Notes: generated from the sequence alone by a model not told the origin. 64,000 nucleotides of DNA from Candidatus Eiseniibacteriota bacterium (GCA_963762255.1 CAVXKA010000002.1:672001-736000), one strand, 5' to 3'; counted from the first letter of the stretch, positions 9,947 through 22,361 are shown. A program made the numbers and translations.

Positions 9947-10357
9947 ATGCGCAAGCTCATTTCACTCGTCCTGGGATTCTCTTGCTGCGCGGCGGTCGCG
10001 ACCGCCGGCCCGCGTCAGTCCGGGTCTCCTCTGGACTCGACACCGTTCCGCAGCGATCGCGCCAACTTCAGTCTCTCCGCCGTCGGGGGCCAATCTCAAC
10101 TTTTTGACCGCGCCGCTCCGGCCTCCAAGGAGGCCACGGAAGCCCGAGAGCTCGCCGAGGTCCAGGCGATCGCCTACCGCATCTCCTACGCCGGGGTTCT
10201 GCTGCTGACCGCAGACCGGCTCTTCCGCTCGTTCGACTCCGTTCTCGAGAGCATGCAATTGAACGCCGAGGACGGGACCAACTTCCACTTCGTGATGGAG
10301 CCGAAAAGCCGAGGTTTCGAGATCGGGCTCCGCCTCTCCCGACCGATCGGCTTCTGA
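9947..10357 (+). CDS. Hypothetical secreted protein
   Basis: AGGAG RBS, signal-peptide-like N-terminus, beta-strand-like end terminating in Phe. Confidence 0.6.
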   Translation: MRKLISLVLGFSCCAAVATAGPRQSGSPLDSTPFRSDRANFSLSAVGGQSQLFDRAAPASKEATEARELAEVQAIAYRISYAGVLLLTADRLFRSFDSVLESMQLNAEDGTNFHFVMEPKSRGFEIGLRLSRPIGF

Positions 10358-10381
10358 TCCGCTCCTCGAGTTGAGGGGGTT

Positions 10382-10729
10382 ATGAGCGATACCTGTCTCT
10401 TCTGCAAGATCGCTCGCCGCGAACTGGACGCCGCCGTCGTGTACGAGGACGACGACGTGCTCGCCTTCAAGGACATCCAACCGCAGGCGCCCGTTCATGT
10501 GCTGATCATCCCCAAGCGCCACCTCGCCACCCTCAACGATTTCCGACCGGACCACGGCGACCTGATCGTCAAGCTCGTCCTCGCCGCGACCAAAATCGCG
10601 CGCGACCAGGGGGTGGCGGACGACGGCTACCGCCTGGTGTGGAACTGCCAGGAAGGGGCTGGGCAGTCGGTCTTTCACGTCCACCTGCACCTCCTCGGCG
10701 GGCGGCGCCTGAACTGGCCTCCCGGCTAG
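10382..10729 (+). CDS. hinT: Histidine triad (HIT) nucleotide-binding protein
   Basis: Motifs CLFCKI, PQAPVHVLIIPK and GQSVFHVHLHLLGGR. Confidence 0.95.
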   Translation: MSDTCLFCKIARRELDAAVVYEDDDVLAFKDIQPQAPVHVLIIPKRHLATLNDFRPDHGDLIVKLVLAATKIARDQGVADDGYRLVWNCQEGAGQSVFHVHLHLLGGRRLNWPPG

Positions 10730-10769
10730 CCTCAAAACCCCGCGAAGGTTCGGCCGATAACTCCCTGAG

Positions 10770-12431
10770 ATGCAATCTGTTCCTCTCCGGACCGCCCCGA
10801 CCGGCGGTCCTCGACCTCTTTCAGTTGTGGAGGGGCGCCGCGCCTATCTCGGGTGGGCGGTGGGCGTCGGCGCGTGCATGCTGCTTGTGCTCGGCGTCGC
10901 GATCGGCCGCCACGGCGCATCGGTCACGCCCGATTCCGTCCAGTACCTGAGCGCGGCCCATCATGTCGCTCGTGGGGACGGGGTCGTGACCTCGGTCACC
11001 GAACTCTCCGTTCTCCCCAAGATGGTCCCGCTCGGACCATGGCCTCCCCTCTACCCCGCCCTGGTCGGAGTCCTCATGCGGGCGGGGCTCGATGTCTTCG
11101 CGGTGGTGCGATGGCTGAACGTGATCCTTCTCCCGCTCGCGCTCTGGCCGCTGGCCGCGGTGGCGCGGCGCATCGCGGGGCCCCGCGTGGCCGCGATCAC
11201 GGTGCTCGCGCACACGCTTCTCTTCTATCCGGTCATGCTGTCCGCGTTCGTCTGGTCGGAGCCGGCGTACATCGTCTTCTCGCTGGCCAGCCTGGCGCTC
11301 CTCGGGCGCGGGATGGCGCGCACCGACGGGCGCCCGTGGGAACTGGCCCTGGCCGGGCTCTTCGCCGCCGCCGCGATGCTCACCCGCTACATCGGCTTCA
11401 CGCTGATCGGCGCCTCGCTCGGCGGTCTCTGGCTTCTCTCGCTGCATCGCCCGCCGAGGCGCTTCTGGCGCGACATGGCTTTCTACGCGGTTCCCGCGAT
11501 TCTCCCCAACGTGCTCTGGCTCTGGCGCAATCATCGAGCGACGGGATTCTTCTTCGGCGAGGCGCGCCCCGAGGCGTGGTTCCCGTGGGATCGCATCCTG
11601 GCCGATACGGGAAAGACGCTCGCCCTCGATGGAATGGCGCCGATCCTTCGACTCGACGCCCCCTGGGCGCCGGGACTGGGCATCGTGGGATTCGCCGGGG
11701 CCGTCCTCCTGGCGGGACTTCTGGTTCGCCGTCTTCGCCTCGTGCGCGTGACGAGCGCGGACGAGCGGGGCGGGCTCTCGTTCATCCTGTGGCTCTATGC
11801 GGCGGGCTTCATCCTCGGCATGATCCTGCTCTCGCGCCGGGTGGGGTTCGATCCGATCAACACGCGCTATCTCTCGCCCGCGTATCCGCCGCTGCTCGTC
11901 CTCATCGCCGCGTTCGTCGCGAAGGTGCTGGCCGGAGAGCGGCGTCGCCGGCCGCGGCACGCCGAGCGCAACCTGCTCATCACCGCGCTCGTGTTGCTGG
12001 CCGTTCCACAGGCAGCGAGCACCGTGCATCTCATCGCCCGCGCGGGGCACGAGGAGCGTGGGCTCACCGGTCCCTATTGGACGAGCAGCGCCTGGGACGA
12101 CGCGTCGTGGGACGCCGATCCGGGCCTGCGGCGGGCACAGATGCTGGCAGGCGACGGCGCACTGATCATCTCGAACGTCTGGGATCTGATCGGCATCCGC
12201 ACCGGGTTCGCCACCAAGGCGCTTCCCGAACTCACGTGGCCCGGCTTCCCGGAACGGCTCTGGGAGCATCCGGGCGCGGTGGTGGCGGTGCACCGCGATA
12301 TGCGGCGCTACCGGACCACCGATGAGGACCTGCGGGCGCTCGCCGAGGCCTCGGGACGCCTCATCTCGCTTGGTGAAACAGGCACGTGGTCCTTCTATCG
12401 AATCGTCGAACCCGAGGAGCGTGGGCAATGA
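10770..12431 (+). CDS. GT-C fold membrane glycosyltransferase (PMT/ArnT-like)
   Basis: Motifs TPDSVQY, WPPLYP, WSEP, LTRYIG and RYLSP, with many hydrophobic segments. Start uncertain. Confidence 0.75.
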   Translation: MQSVPLRTAPTGGPRPLSVVEGRRAYLGWAVGVGACMLLVLGVAIGRHGASVTPDSVQYLSAAHHVARGDGVVTSVTELSVLPKMVPLGPWPPLYPALVGVLMRAGLDVFAVVRWLNVILLPLALWPLAAVARRIAGPRVAAITVLAHTLLFYPVMLSAFVWSEPAYIVFSLASLALLGRGMARTDGRPWELALAGLFAAAAMLTRYIGFTLIGASLGGLWLLSLHRPPRRFWRDMAFYAVPAILPNVLWLWRNHRATGFFFGEARPEAWFPWDRILADTGKTLALDGMAPILRLDAPWAPGLGIVGFAGAVLLAGLLVRRLRLVRVTSADERGGLSFILWLYAAGFILGMILLSRRVGFDPINTRYLSPAYPPLLVLIAAFVAKVLAGERRRRPRHAERNLLITALVLLAVPQAASTVHLIARAGHEERGLTGPYWTSSAWDDASWDADPGLRRAQMLAGDGALIISNVWDLIGIRTGFATKALPELTWPGFPERLWEHPGAVVAVHRDMRRYRTTDEDLRALAEASGRLISLGETGTWSFYRIVEPEERGQ

Positions 12432-13903
12432 ACCGCACCGTATGGCGGAGCGTCCTGTCGCTCGGGCTTCTCGTGCTGCTCGTCGCCAACGCGGCCTACG
12501 CGTTCGACGCGCCGTCGTGGCGGGAGCGCATCCGTGCGAACCACGCGAACGCGGACTCCCTCATCGCTCTTGGCGCGGAGGCCGCGCGCAACGGTCATCC
12601 CCGCGAGGCGGTTCGCGCCTATGAGCAGGCGGTTGCAGTCGCCCCCGCGCGAAGGACCGAGATCGGTGGGAGACTCGCCTACCAGTACGCATGGGCCGGT
12701 GACCTCGGCCGCGCCCGGCGCGAGTTCGCCCGCGCTCGCGCGGCGCACCCGGAGGATAGAGATCTGCGGCGCGGCGAACTCCTGGTCATGAACTGGATGG
12801 GCGATCATCTGGCCGCATGGAAGGGATACGAAGTCCTGGTTGCGGAGAACGGAGAGCTGGACGACCGCGCGGAAGCTTGGGTGGAATTGGCCACGGCTCA
12901 GAACTGGGCGGGTCGGCGCGATCTCGCGTTGCGCTCCACCGAGTGGGCTCTCCACCTCGACCGCGGCAGTCGTGGGGCGCGCGATCTCGAGTCGACGATC
13001 CGCGCGGGACTGCGCCCCCGCGCAGGACTCTTCTATGACGGGGCCGAGGACTCGGACGACTACCGGGTGAACGGCGTGTGGGCGGAGGCAAGCGTCTCCC
13101 CGCACCCGCAACTCACCCTCTCTCCGTTCGCGAACGTGCAGGGCATCCGCCGGCCGGACATGCCGCACATCGACGAGACATGGGCCGGGATCACGGTCTC
13201 CGCGCAGCCGTTCACGCGCGCGGGCCTGTGGGCGCGGGCGGCCTGGCTCACCGACGTGCCGTCCGCGGCCGACTACGCCCCTCTGACCGGCGCGGCGACG
13301 ATCGACTATCGCCCGCACGACCGCACGCGCCTCGGCGTCTCCGTCGAGCGCTTCGCGGTGGTCTCCTATCGCGCGTACCCCGAGAAGATCACCGGCGAAA
13401 CGTACGGGCTCTTCGTCGAGACGCGTCCCGACTGGTTGAGCCGGGTGCGCCTCAGCGCCGACCGAGCGTTCTACCGCGGAGTGGCTCTCGCGGACGGAAC
13501 CCGCGCGCCCGCGAACCGGCGATGGAACATGGCGGTCGCGGCATCGCGACAGGTGTGGGCTCCCGCGCGCCTGCGCGCCGGCGCGATGGCGCGCCGTCTC
13601 ACCTTCGACCGCGGGGTGGACTACGGGATCTGGACCCCGCGCCGGTTCCACGCCGCCGCGGGTACCCTCGAGTGGGACTGGGGCACCCGCGACCGCTGGT
13701 CCTTGAACGGCGGCCTCGAAGGCGGGGCGGCTCGCGAGAACGGCGGCAAGACGGTCCTCTATGCCGGGTACCGGCTCGGGGCGTACCGAGCGCTCGGCTC
13801 GTTCACGCTCGAGTTCTCGGCGGGCCACACCGAGGGAAACGCGGAAACCGGCACCGGCTACGACCGCTCGTACGCCCACCTCGGCCTGCGCCGGCGCTTC
13901 TGA
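12428..13903 (+). CDS. Secreted TPR plus probable outer-membrane beta-barrel protein
   Basis: Signal peptide, TPR-like helices (QYAWAGD, QNWAGR), amphipathic beta-strands, and a terminal YAHLGLRRRF beta-signal-like motif. Confidence 0.7.
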   Translation: MNRTVWRSVLSLGLLVLLVANAAYAFDAPSWRERIRANHANADSLIALGAEAARNGHPREAVRAYEQAVAVAPARRTEIGGRLAYQYAWAGDLGRARREFARARAAHPEDRDLRRGELLVMNWMGDHLAAWKGYEVLVAENGELDDRAEAWVELATAQNWAGRRDLALRSTEWALHLDRGSRGARDLESTIRAGLRPRAGLFYDGAEDSDDYRVNGVWAEASVSPHPQLTLSPFANVQGIRRPDMPHIDETWAGITVSAQPFTRAGLWARAAWLTDVPSAADYAPLTGAATIDYRPHDRTRLGVSVERFAVVSYRAYPEKITGETYGLFVETRPDWLSRVRLSADRAFYRGVALADGTRAPANRRWNMAVAASRQVWAPARLRAGAMARRLTFDRGVDYGIWTPRRFHAAAGTLEWDWGTRDRWSLNGGLEGGAARENGGKTVLYAGYRLGAYRALGSFTLEFSAGHTEGNAETGTGYDRSYAHLGLRRRF

Positions 13904-14031
13904 AGCCCGGAATCCACGGGGCCCGCCCGCCTCTGGCATCCCCGCATCGCCTCCGGTAGACTCGATCCGTTTTCACCGCCCATGCGCTGTCATCGTGCCG
14001 TTCGCGGGACGTGGTCAGGAGGAGGAGGACG

Positions 14032-15584
<1,553 letters not shown>

Positions 15585-15588
<4 letters not shown>

Positions 15589-17018
15589 GAAGCGCACGCT
15601 CGGGGCCGGCGGCTGCGCTGGCCGGCCTCTTCGGACTGATGGCGGTGGCGGGGGCGGCACGGGCTGCCGCCCCTCTCGCCAGCACCGCAGACGTCCCTCC
15701 CGCCGGCGATCCGGTCGGACAGGCGGTCCAGGCGGTCTCCGCGGCGCGGATCGAAGCCGACATCCGCCGTCTGGCGGCGTTCGGCACCCGTCACACGCTC
15801 TCCGAGACCACGCCGGCTGAGCGCGGTATCGGCGCCGCGGCGCGTTGGGTGCAGGCGCAGTTCGACAGCATCTCCGCCGCCAACGGCGGACGTCTGCAGG
15901 TGGTGTGGGACGCGTGGGATCAAGAGCCCGAGGAACGCGTCCCCACTCGCGCGCGTCTCGCCAACGTGGTCGCGATACTCCCGGGGACGGCATCCGGCGC
16001 CGTGCCCGTGGGGGACGCCGGCACAGCCGTCCCTGCCGGTGGAGACGTCTGTTTTGTGGTGGGTGGCCACCTTGACTCCCGCGCCGCCGACATCATGGAT
16101 GCGGTCTCGGACGCACCCGGCGCCGACGACGACGGGAGCGGGATCGCGGTCGTGCTCGAATGCGCGCGGGTCATGGCCCGCTTGCAGTGGGACCATACGC
16201 TCGTCTTCATCGCGTTCACCGGCGAGGAGCAGAACCTTCTCGGCAGCACCCATTGGGCGCAGCTCGCCGCGGCGGATTCGCTACGACTCGGCGGCGCCGT
16301 CGCCGTCGACATGGCCGGTAATACGCGCGCCGCGGACGGAGCCCTGGTCGACGACTACGTGCGTGTATTCAGCGAGGGCGTCCCGGCGGTCGAGGACGAG
16401 GCGGCGGCGCGGCTGCGCGCGGCCACCGGGGGCGAGAACGATTCTCCCTCACGGCAGTGGGCACGCTACGTGCGCGAAGCCGCCGAGAAGTACGTCCCCG
16501 AGTTCGAAGCCCGGCTGGTCTTCCGCCGCGACCGATTCCTGCGGGGCGGCGACCACATTCCGTTCAACCGCGCCGGGTTCACGGCGGTGCGCCTGACCGA
16601 AGCCGTCGAGAACTACGATCACCAACATCAGAACCCGCGCACCGAGAACGGCGTCCGCTACGGCGACCTTCCCGAGTTCGTCGACTTCGCCTATGCCGCC
16701 CGCATCGCCGGCGTCGCCGTGGCCGCTCTCGGCCACGCCGCGTCGGCCCCCGAGGCGCCGCGCGGAGTCACGATCGACGTGAGCGGCCTCGCTGTCGACA
16801 CCACGCTGCGCTGGGAGCCGAGCCCCGAGGAGGATCTCGACGGCTACGAAGTTGTGTGGCGCGCCACCACCGAGCCGGTGTGGACTCACTTCCTCGACGT
16901 CGGCCCGGTGACCGAGGCCACGCTCCCCCTTTCCAAGGATGACACCCTGTTCGGCGTCAGGGTCCGTGACCGCGCCGGCCACCTGAGCCCGGCGGTCGTC
17001 CCGGTGCCGAAGCGATGA
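15585..17018 (+). CDS. M28 family metallopeptidase with C-terminal FN3-like domain
   Basis: Motifs FGTRHT, GGHLDS, GADDDGSG, GEEQ, GGDH and HQ. Signal peptide; TTG overlaps the pruA stop. Confidence 0.9.
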
Positions 17019-17695
17019 AGCTCACCGTCATCATCCCTGTGTTCAACGAGGAGCGGACGATCGAGCAGGTCGTGCGCGCGGTGGCGGCGGTCCCCATCGA
17101 CACGGACATCGTCGCTGTCGACGACGCTTCCGTCGACCGTACCCCGGAGATCCTGCGCGCGTTAGAGAGCGAGGGCCTGGTCCGCGTCTTTCGCCAGACT
17201 CGGAACCTTGGCAAGGGCGCCGCGGTACGCCGGGGCATCGACGAGGCCCGGGGGGAGATCTGCGTCATCCAGGACGCCGACCTCGAGTATCAGCCGAGCG
17301 ACTTCCCGGCACTCATCCGGCCCATCGTCGAGTACGGCGCCGACGCGGTCTACGGCAGCCGCTTTCTGGGACCGCACCGCGTCTTCCTTCACTGGCACTA
17401 CGCCGCCAACCGCTTCCTCACCGGGGCGGCCAACCTGCTCTTCGACACGATGCTTACCGACATGGAAACGGGGTACAAGGCGGTACGCACCGAGGTTCTG
17501 CGGGGAATGAACCTGCGGTCGAGCACCTTCGATATCGAGCCCGAGATCACGGCCAAGCTCTTCAAACGCAGGTGCAAGGTGTTCGAGATCCCGATTACGT
17601 ACAACGGCCGGACCTACGCCGAGGGGAAGAAGATCCGGGCCAAGGACGGCCTGCTGGCGGTGATCGCGCTCCTTCGCTTCCGTTTCGTCGACTGA
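17015..17695 (+). CDS. GT2 glycosyltransferase (polyprenol-phosphate sugar synthase/DPM1-like)
   Basis: Motifs IPVFNE, VDDAS, GKGAA, IQDADLEY, YGSRF and TDMETGYK. Confidence 0.92.
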   Translation: MKLTVIIPVFNEERTIEQVVRAVAAVPIDTDIVAVDDASVDRTPEILRALESEGLVRVFRQTRNLGKGAAVRRGIDEARGEICVIQDADLEYQPSDFPALIRPIVEYGADAVYGSRFLGPHRVFLHWHYAANRFLTGAANLLFDTMLTDMETGYKAVRTEVLRGMNLRSSTFDIEPEITAKLFKRRCKVFEIPITYNGRTYAEGKKIRAKDGLLAVIALLRFRFVD

Positions 17696-17761
17696 TCGGG
17701 CCCGTGATAGACTGCGCGCCCGGAAGAGAATCCGGGTGCATTTCACTGTGGTGAGGGACCA

Positions 17762-18325
17762 TTGAAGATCGCGTTCATCGGCACGCATGGGGTGGGAAAG
17801 ACGACCCTGTGTTTCGATCTCGCCGCCAATCTCAAGCGCCTCGACTTCACCGTGGACCTCGTGAAAGAGGTGGCGCGGGATTGTCCCCTGCCCATCAACC
17901 GCGACACCACCTACGACGCGCAATCGTGGATCTTTCACACCCAGATCGCGCGCGAGCTGGCCTCGGCGGGACGCCACGAGGTCGTCATCTGCGACCGCTC
18001 GGTGCTCGACAACTACGCGTATCTGGTCAACAAGATCGGGCGGCGCAAGGAAATGGACCCCCTCATCACCCACTGGCTCACCACGTACGGCGCGCTGGTC
18101 AAGGTGCCGATCTGGAAGGCCCCGAGTTTCGACGGCGTACGCGACGTGGGGCTCGAGTTCCAGCGCGAGATCGACCGCACGCTGGAAGCCCTCATCGCCG
18201 ATTTCGGCGTCTCCGTGCTGCGGCTGGAGCCGAGCGAGATGGAGATGTGGACCCAGCGTGTGCTCGACTACCTCGACCTCCCCACGCGGGCCGAACAAGT
18301 GCAGCTCTTCCCGGAGGATGCATGA
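17762..18325 (+). CDS. P-loop kinase/ATPase (NadR/AAA_28-like)
   Basis: Walker [14 protein letters not shown] and [11 protein letters not shown] start. Confidence 0.8.
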   Translation: MKIAFIGTHGVGKTTLCFDLAANLKRLDFTVDLVKEVARDCPLPINRDTTYDAQSWIFHTQIARELASAGRHEVVICDRSVLDNYAYLVNKIGRRKEMDPLITHWLTTYGALVKVPIWKAPSFDGVRDVGLEFQREIDRTLEALIADFGVSVLRLEPSEMEMWTQRVLDYLDLPTRAEQVQLFPEDA

Positions 18326-19470
18326 CCCGTCACGATTCCAAGCACCATTACCTTGCCGGGCCCCGCATCCAACCGCAAGCCATCCGCGGCGGCATGACGG
18401 TGGACACGCTCATCGACGAGACGTTCCTGGCCTACAACGCGGGGCGCATCCAGACCGCGGCGCGGCTCCTGGTCGAGAAGGGACTGCACGCGGACACGAC
18501 GATGGGGCTCTCGCTGGCCGGAGCCATGAGCCCGGCGGGGGTGACGCTTTCGACCATCATCCCGCTCGTGCAGGCGGGGTTCATCGACTGGATCGTCTCC
18601 ACGGGGGCGAATCTCTACCACGATGCGCATTTCGGGCTGGGGCTGGCGCTTCACCGAGGCAGCCACACCCTCGACGACCGTCAGCTCTTCGAGGCGGGGG
18701 TGATTCGCATCTACGACGTCCTCTTCGACTACGAGGTCCTGCTCAAGACCGACGCCTTCATCCGCGAGGTGATGAAGAACCCCGAGTTCAAACGCACGAT
18801 GGGCACCGCGGAGTTCCACCACTTGCTCGGCAAGCACCTCGCCGCGCGTGAGGAAGCGCTGGGGCTCAAGGACACGTGCCTCCTGACCGTCGCCTACCGC
18901 TGCGGCGTGCCGTGCTACGTCTCGTCGCCCGGGGATTCCTCGATCGGCATGAACGTGGCCGAGATGGCGATCCGCGGCGAGGGCCCGGTGATCGACGTGA
19001 GTCGCGACGTCAACGAGACGGCGGCCATCGTCTACGATGCCAAGAAGCACGGGAAGAGCGCGGTGCTGCTCCTGGGCGGCGGCTCACCCAAGAACTTCGT
19101 ACTGCAGACCGAGCCGCAGATCCAGGAAGTGCTGGGATTGCCGGAGAAGGGGCACGACTACTTCATTCAGGTGACGGACGCGCGGCCCGACACAGGCGGG
19201 CTTTCGGGGGCGACGCCCTCCGAGGCGGTCTCGTGGGGCAAGATCGATCCGTCCCAACTCCCCGACACGGTCGTCATCTACTCCGACACCACGATCGCGG
19301 CGCCGCTCCTGGCCGCCTACATGCTGAGTCGGCACGAGCCGCGCCCCTTGAAGCGGCTCTACGACCGCCGCGATGCGATCTACGGGCGATTGCGCGAGGA
19401 CTTCCTGTCAGCTCGGCGCGAGCCGGAGGACATTCGCGGCACACGCGACGAGGTGCGCCCGGGCGGTTAG
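18322..19470 (+). CDS. Deoxyhypusine synthase-like protein (possible homospermidine synthase)
   Basis: Motifs [21 protein letters not shown] and [19 protein letters not shown], with the catalytic Lys retained. Confidence 0.9.
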   Translation: MTRHDSKHHYLAGPRIQPQAIRGGMTVDTLIDETFLAYNAGRIQTAARLLVEKGLHADTTMGLSLAGAMSPAGVTLSTIIPLVQAGFIDWIVSTGANLYHDAHFGLGLALHRGSHTLDDRQLFEAGVIRIYDVLFDYEVLLKTDAFIREVMKNPEFKRTMGTAEFHHLLGKHLAAREEALGLKDTCLLTVAYRCGVPCYVSSPGDSSIGMNVAEMAIRGEGPVIDVSRDVNETAAIVYDAKKHGKSAVLLLGGGSPKNFVLQTEPQIQEVLGLPEKGHDYFIQVTDARPDTGGLSGATPSEAVSWGKIDPSQLPDTVVIYSDTTIAAPLLAAYMLSRHEPRPLKRLYDRRDAIYGRLREDFLSARREPEDIRGTRDEVRPGG

Positions 19471-19503
19471 CCGCTCGGTCTGGACGACGCCGAGACGAGT
19501 CTT

Positions 19504-22161
19504 CTACTTCGCCTCGAAACGACCCTGGAAGAAACGCAGCTTGTCCGGCTCGTACACGAACGTGAGTCCCTTGAGACTCTCCCGCCGGGCGTAGACCCGC
19601 TGAATCCCCTCGGCGATCCCCCGCATGTGGTCGTTGGTGTAGACCCGGCGAGGAATCGTGAGGCGAACCAATTCCAGGGCGGGGCGGTAGTTTTGGCCCG
19701 TCTGCGGGTTCCGGCCCTTGGAGACGTTGCCGCGCTCCATGGCCCGCACCCCGGTCTCGACGTAGATCTCGGCCGCAAGTCGCTGAGCCGGGTACTCGTC
19801 CTGATCGATATGGGGCAGAAATCTCTTGGCATCGATGAAAATCGCATGCGTTCCCGCGGGGACGACGATCGGAACCCCGGCCTCTTGCAGGAGCTGCCCC
19901 AGATAGTGGGTTTGCTGCACGCGGGACCGGATGTACCGATCGTCCAGCATCTCCTCGATTCCGCGGTTGATGGCTGCGAGGTCCGCGGTGGCCAGCCCCC
20001 CGTCGGTGACGTTCCCCTCATAGATCCGCAGCAACTCCAACGCCTTGTCCGCCCATGCCTGATTGTCCCGGAAGGCGAGGAGGCCGCCGATGTTGATGAG
20101 GAAGTCCTTCTTCCCGCTCACCGTGCAGCCGTCTCCGTAGAGCATCATCTCCCGCACGATGTCTCGGATCTTCACCCCGCGGTAGCGAGGATCCCGATTC
20201 TGGATCATGTACGCATTCTCGACGAACCGGGTGGCATCGAAGAAGATCGGGATGCCGAGCGCGCTGCAGTACTCGTACACCTCCTTCATGTTGTCCATGC
20301 TGACCGGCTGGCCGCCGGCCATGTTCACCGAGTGCTCGAAGGAGATATAGGAGACCTTCTCCGCCCCGTGCTCGTCGACCACTGCGCGGAGCTTCTGCAG
20401 ATCGATGTTCCCCTTCCAGGGGAATTCGCTCTGGGTGTCATGGGCCTCGTCCACGATGATGTCGACGAAGACGCCCCCCGCCAGTTCCTGATGAAGCTTG
20501 GTCGTGGTGAAGTACATGTTTCCCGGCACCCATTGCCGATCCTTGATCATGACCTGGCTCAGGATGTGTTCGGCCGCCCGCCCCTGGTGGGTGGGAATGA
20601 TGAACTGGTACCCGAGAACATCCTGAAGCGTCGCGGTCAGGCGGTGGTACTCGTCGCTGGACGTGGCGCTCGCTCGCGCGCCGTCGTAGGCCGCCCACTG
20701 ATCGGTGCTCATGGCCGTGGTCCCGGAGTCGGTCAGGAGATCGATGGAGACGTCTCCGGAGCGAAGCAGGAACGTGTTGTACCCCGCCTCTCGAATCGCC
20801 CGCTCGCGCTGGTCCCGGGCGAGAACTCCGACCCTCTCCATGGTGTGGATCTGGTAGGGCAGGGTATCGAATTCGAAGGACCGGAGGTTCGGGAAGACCC
20901 AGTGGTAGTGCATCTGGTCCCGCCAGGCTCCACCCGCGATCTCCTGAAGACCCGCCACCTGGTCGCACTGCCCCTGCAAGGCAACGATCGCATCGGCCAC
21001 CTGATCGAGCTGCGCGTTGGTCATGGCCAACCGAGGAATCTGAACCGGCACCAGCCGGTCCTTGCCGACCAGACCGGTGGCCACCGCGCGAACTCCGGAG
21101 AGCAGATAGAGCGCGGCCGAGAACGTGTCCTGCTGGTGCTCGGTGATGTGCGGCAGGAATTCATCGGCCCGGATGTAGGCCCCGTCGCACCCCCGCTCCA
21201 GAGGGACGCCCGCATCCCGGAGCCTCTGTGTGAAGCGTTCCGTCTGGTGCATGACCCAGTGAACTTCACCCTCGTCGCACATCTCCTGGATCCCGCGGGC
21301 GAGAACTTCCATGGTCCGGCCGGCCATCCCCCCGTAGGTGTGCAGGCCCTCGTAGACCACGACCTCGTTCATGAACTTCTCGTGCACGTCGGGGTCGTCG
21401 GTCGTGAGAATGCCCCCGGTGTTGCACTTGGGATCCTGGGCTCCGTCCATCTGGAAGACATCGGTGGTCTTTACGATCTGCTTCACGATCTCGGCGACAG
21501 GCCTGTCGGCCTGGCCCGGCTCGTGGTGCTGGATGTACCAAGCGTTCTCGATCACCCGGGAACCGTCGCAGATGACGAGCTTCCCGTGCTTGGCCGCGGC
21601 TGCCTTCACCGCCCGCAGGTTGGCGAGGCTGAAGGGGTGCCGCCCGTCGGCGAACGCCTGAAGCCCGACGAAGGCCACGTTCCCCTGCTTGAGAACTCCC
21701 TCCAGTCGTCCCAGGTCGACGTTCCCGGTGAACACCGGCTCCTCGGTGTCCCGCACGTCCGGGTACTGAACGTTCAGCGGTCTGAACACGTCCAGCCGCG
21801 AGCGCGCGTTGCTTGGCACGGCGGACCCGGCCGGCACCAGGGTCGACACCACCAGCTTCACGCAGCCCAGCACGTTGTGAGTGGGACAGACGTACCCGTG
21901 CCCGAGAACGTCCTTCACCGCCCTCTCGAGCGATTCGAAATTGCGGGAGCCCGCGTAAGCCTCGTCGCCGATCAACTGACCGGAGAGCTGCTCCTGACTG
22001 AACGCGCTGGTTCCCAGCGAGCACATGTCGAAGTTGACCTGGGTCGGGGTCAGATGCCAGACGTTGAATCGGGCCCGGGAGAGATACTTCTTGCGCTCTT
22101 CCAGCGTGGGGAAGGAGAGAAGCCGGACCGTCTTGATCTTGTGGGGCTCGTGCGTGACCAT
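19504..22161 (-). CDS. Tandem-duplicated tyrosine phenol-lyase/tryptophanase-family protein (885 aa)
   Basis: Two consecutive beta-eliminating-lyase units in one frame. The C-terminal unit has DLLTDSGT, THQGRAAE, SGKKD and RLTIPRRVYT. The N-terminal unit has GDEAYAGS and YEGLHTYGG. ATG at 22161 follows an AAGGA RBS. Confidence 0.92.
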   Translation of the reverse strand: MVTHEPHKIKTVRLLSFPTLEERKKYLSRARFNVWHLTPTQVNFDMCSLGTSAFSQEQLSGQLIGDEAYAGSRNFESLERAVKDVLGHGYVCPTHNVLGCVKLVVSTLVPAGSAVPSNARSRLDVFRPLNVQYPDVRDTEEPVFTGNVDLGRLEGVLKQGNVAFVGLQAFADGRHPFSLANLRAVKAAAAKHGKLVICDGSRVIENAWYIQHHEPGQADRPVAEIVKQIVKTTDVFQMDGAQDPKCNTGGILTTDDPDVHEKFMNEVVVYEGLHTYGGMAGRTMEVLARGIQEMCDEGEVHWVMHQTERFTQRLRDAGVPLERGCDGAYIRADEFLPHITEHQQDTFSAALYLLSGVRAVATGLVGKDRLVPVQIPRLAMTNAQLDQVADAIVALQGQCDQVAGLQEIAGGAWRDQMHYHWVFPNLRSFEFDTLPYQIHTMERVGVLARDQRERAIREAGYNTFLLRSGDVSIDLLTDSGTTAMSTDQWAAYDGARASATSSDEYHRLTATLQDVLGYQFIIPTHQGRAAEHILSQVMIKDRQWVPGNMYFTTTKLHQELAGGVFVDIIVDEAHDTQSEFPWKGNIDLQKLRAVVDEHGAEKVSYISFEHSVNMAGGQPVSMDNMKEVYEYCSALGIPIFFDATRFVENAYMIQNRDPRYRGVKIRDIVREMMLYGDGCTVSGKKDFLINIGGLLAFRDNQAWADKALELLRIYEGNVTDGGLATADLAAINRGIEEMLDDRYIRSRVQQTHYLGQLLQEAGVPIVVPAGTHAIFIDAKRFLPHIDQDEYPAQRLAAEIYVETGVRAMERGNVSKGRNPQTGQNYRPALELVRLTIPRRVYTNDHMRGIAEGIQRVYARRESLKGLTFVYEPDKLRFFQGRFEAK

Positions 22162-22328
22162 GCTCGTTCCTTTGGAGAGATCCGATTCCGAGCGCGACCC
22201 GTCGATTAGAGCGGAAGGGGGCTCCGCCGGGCAAGAGGGTAAGAGATCATTCCCAAAATGTATCGCCGCGGACTTCCGGTATTTCGGGTTACTTGCCCAA
22301 CCGGCGAGCCCGGACGCGATCGACATCG

Positions 22329-22361
22329 CGAGGGGGGGTCGGATTCCCCGATCCCCCCTCG
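22329..22361. terminator. Strong hairpin between the T9SS-type gene and the lyase gene
   Basis: CGAGGGGGGGTCGG…CCGATCCCCCCTCG forms a 14-bp stem with one G-T pair. No clear U-tract. Confidence 0.45.

Noticed and set aside
19627-22209. 860-aa plus-strand ORF
   Set aside because: Antisense shadow of the lyase gene, typical of high-GC coding DNA.
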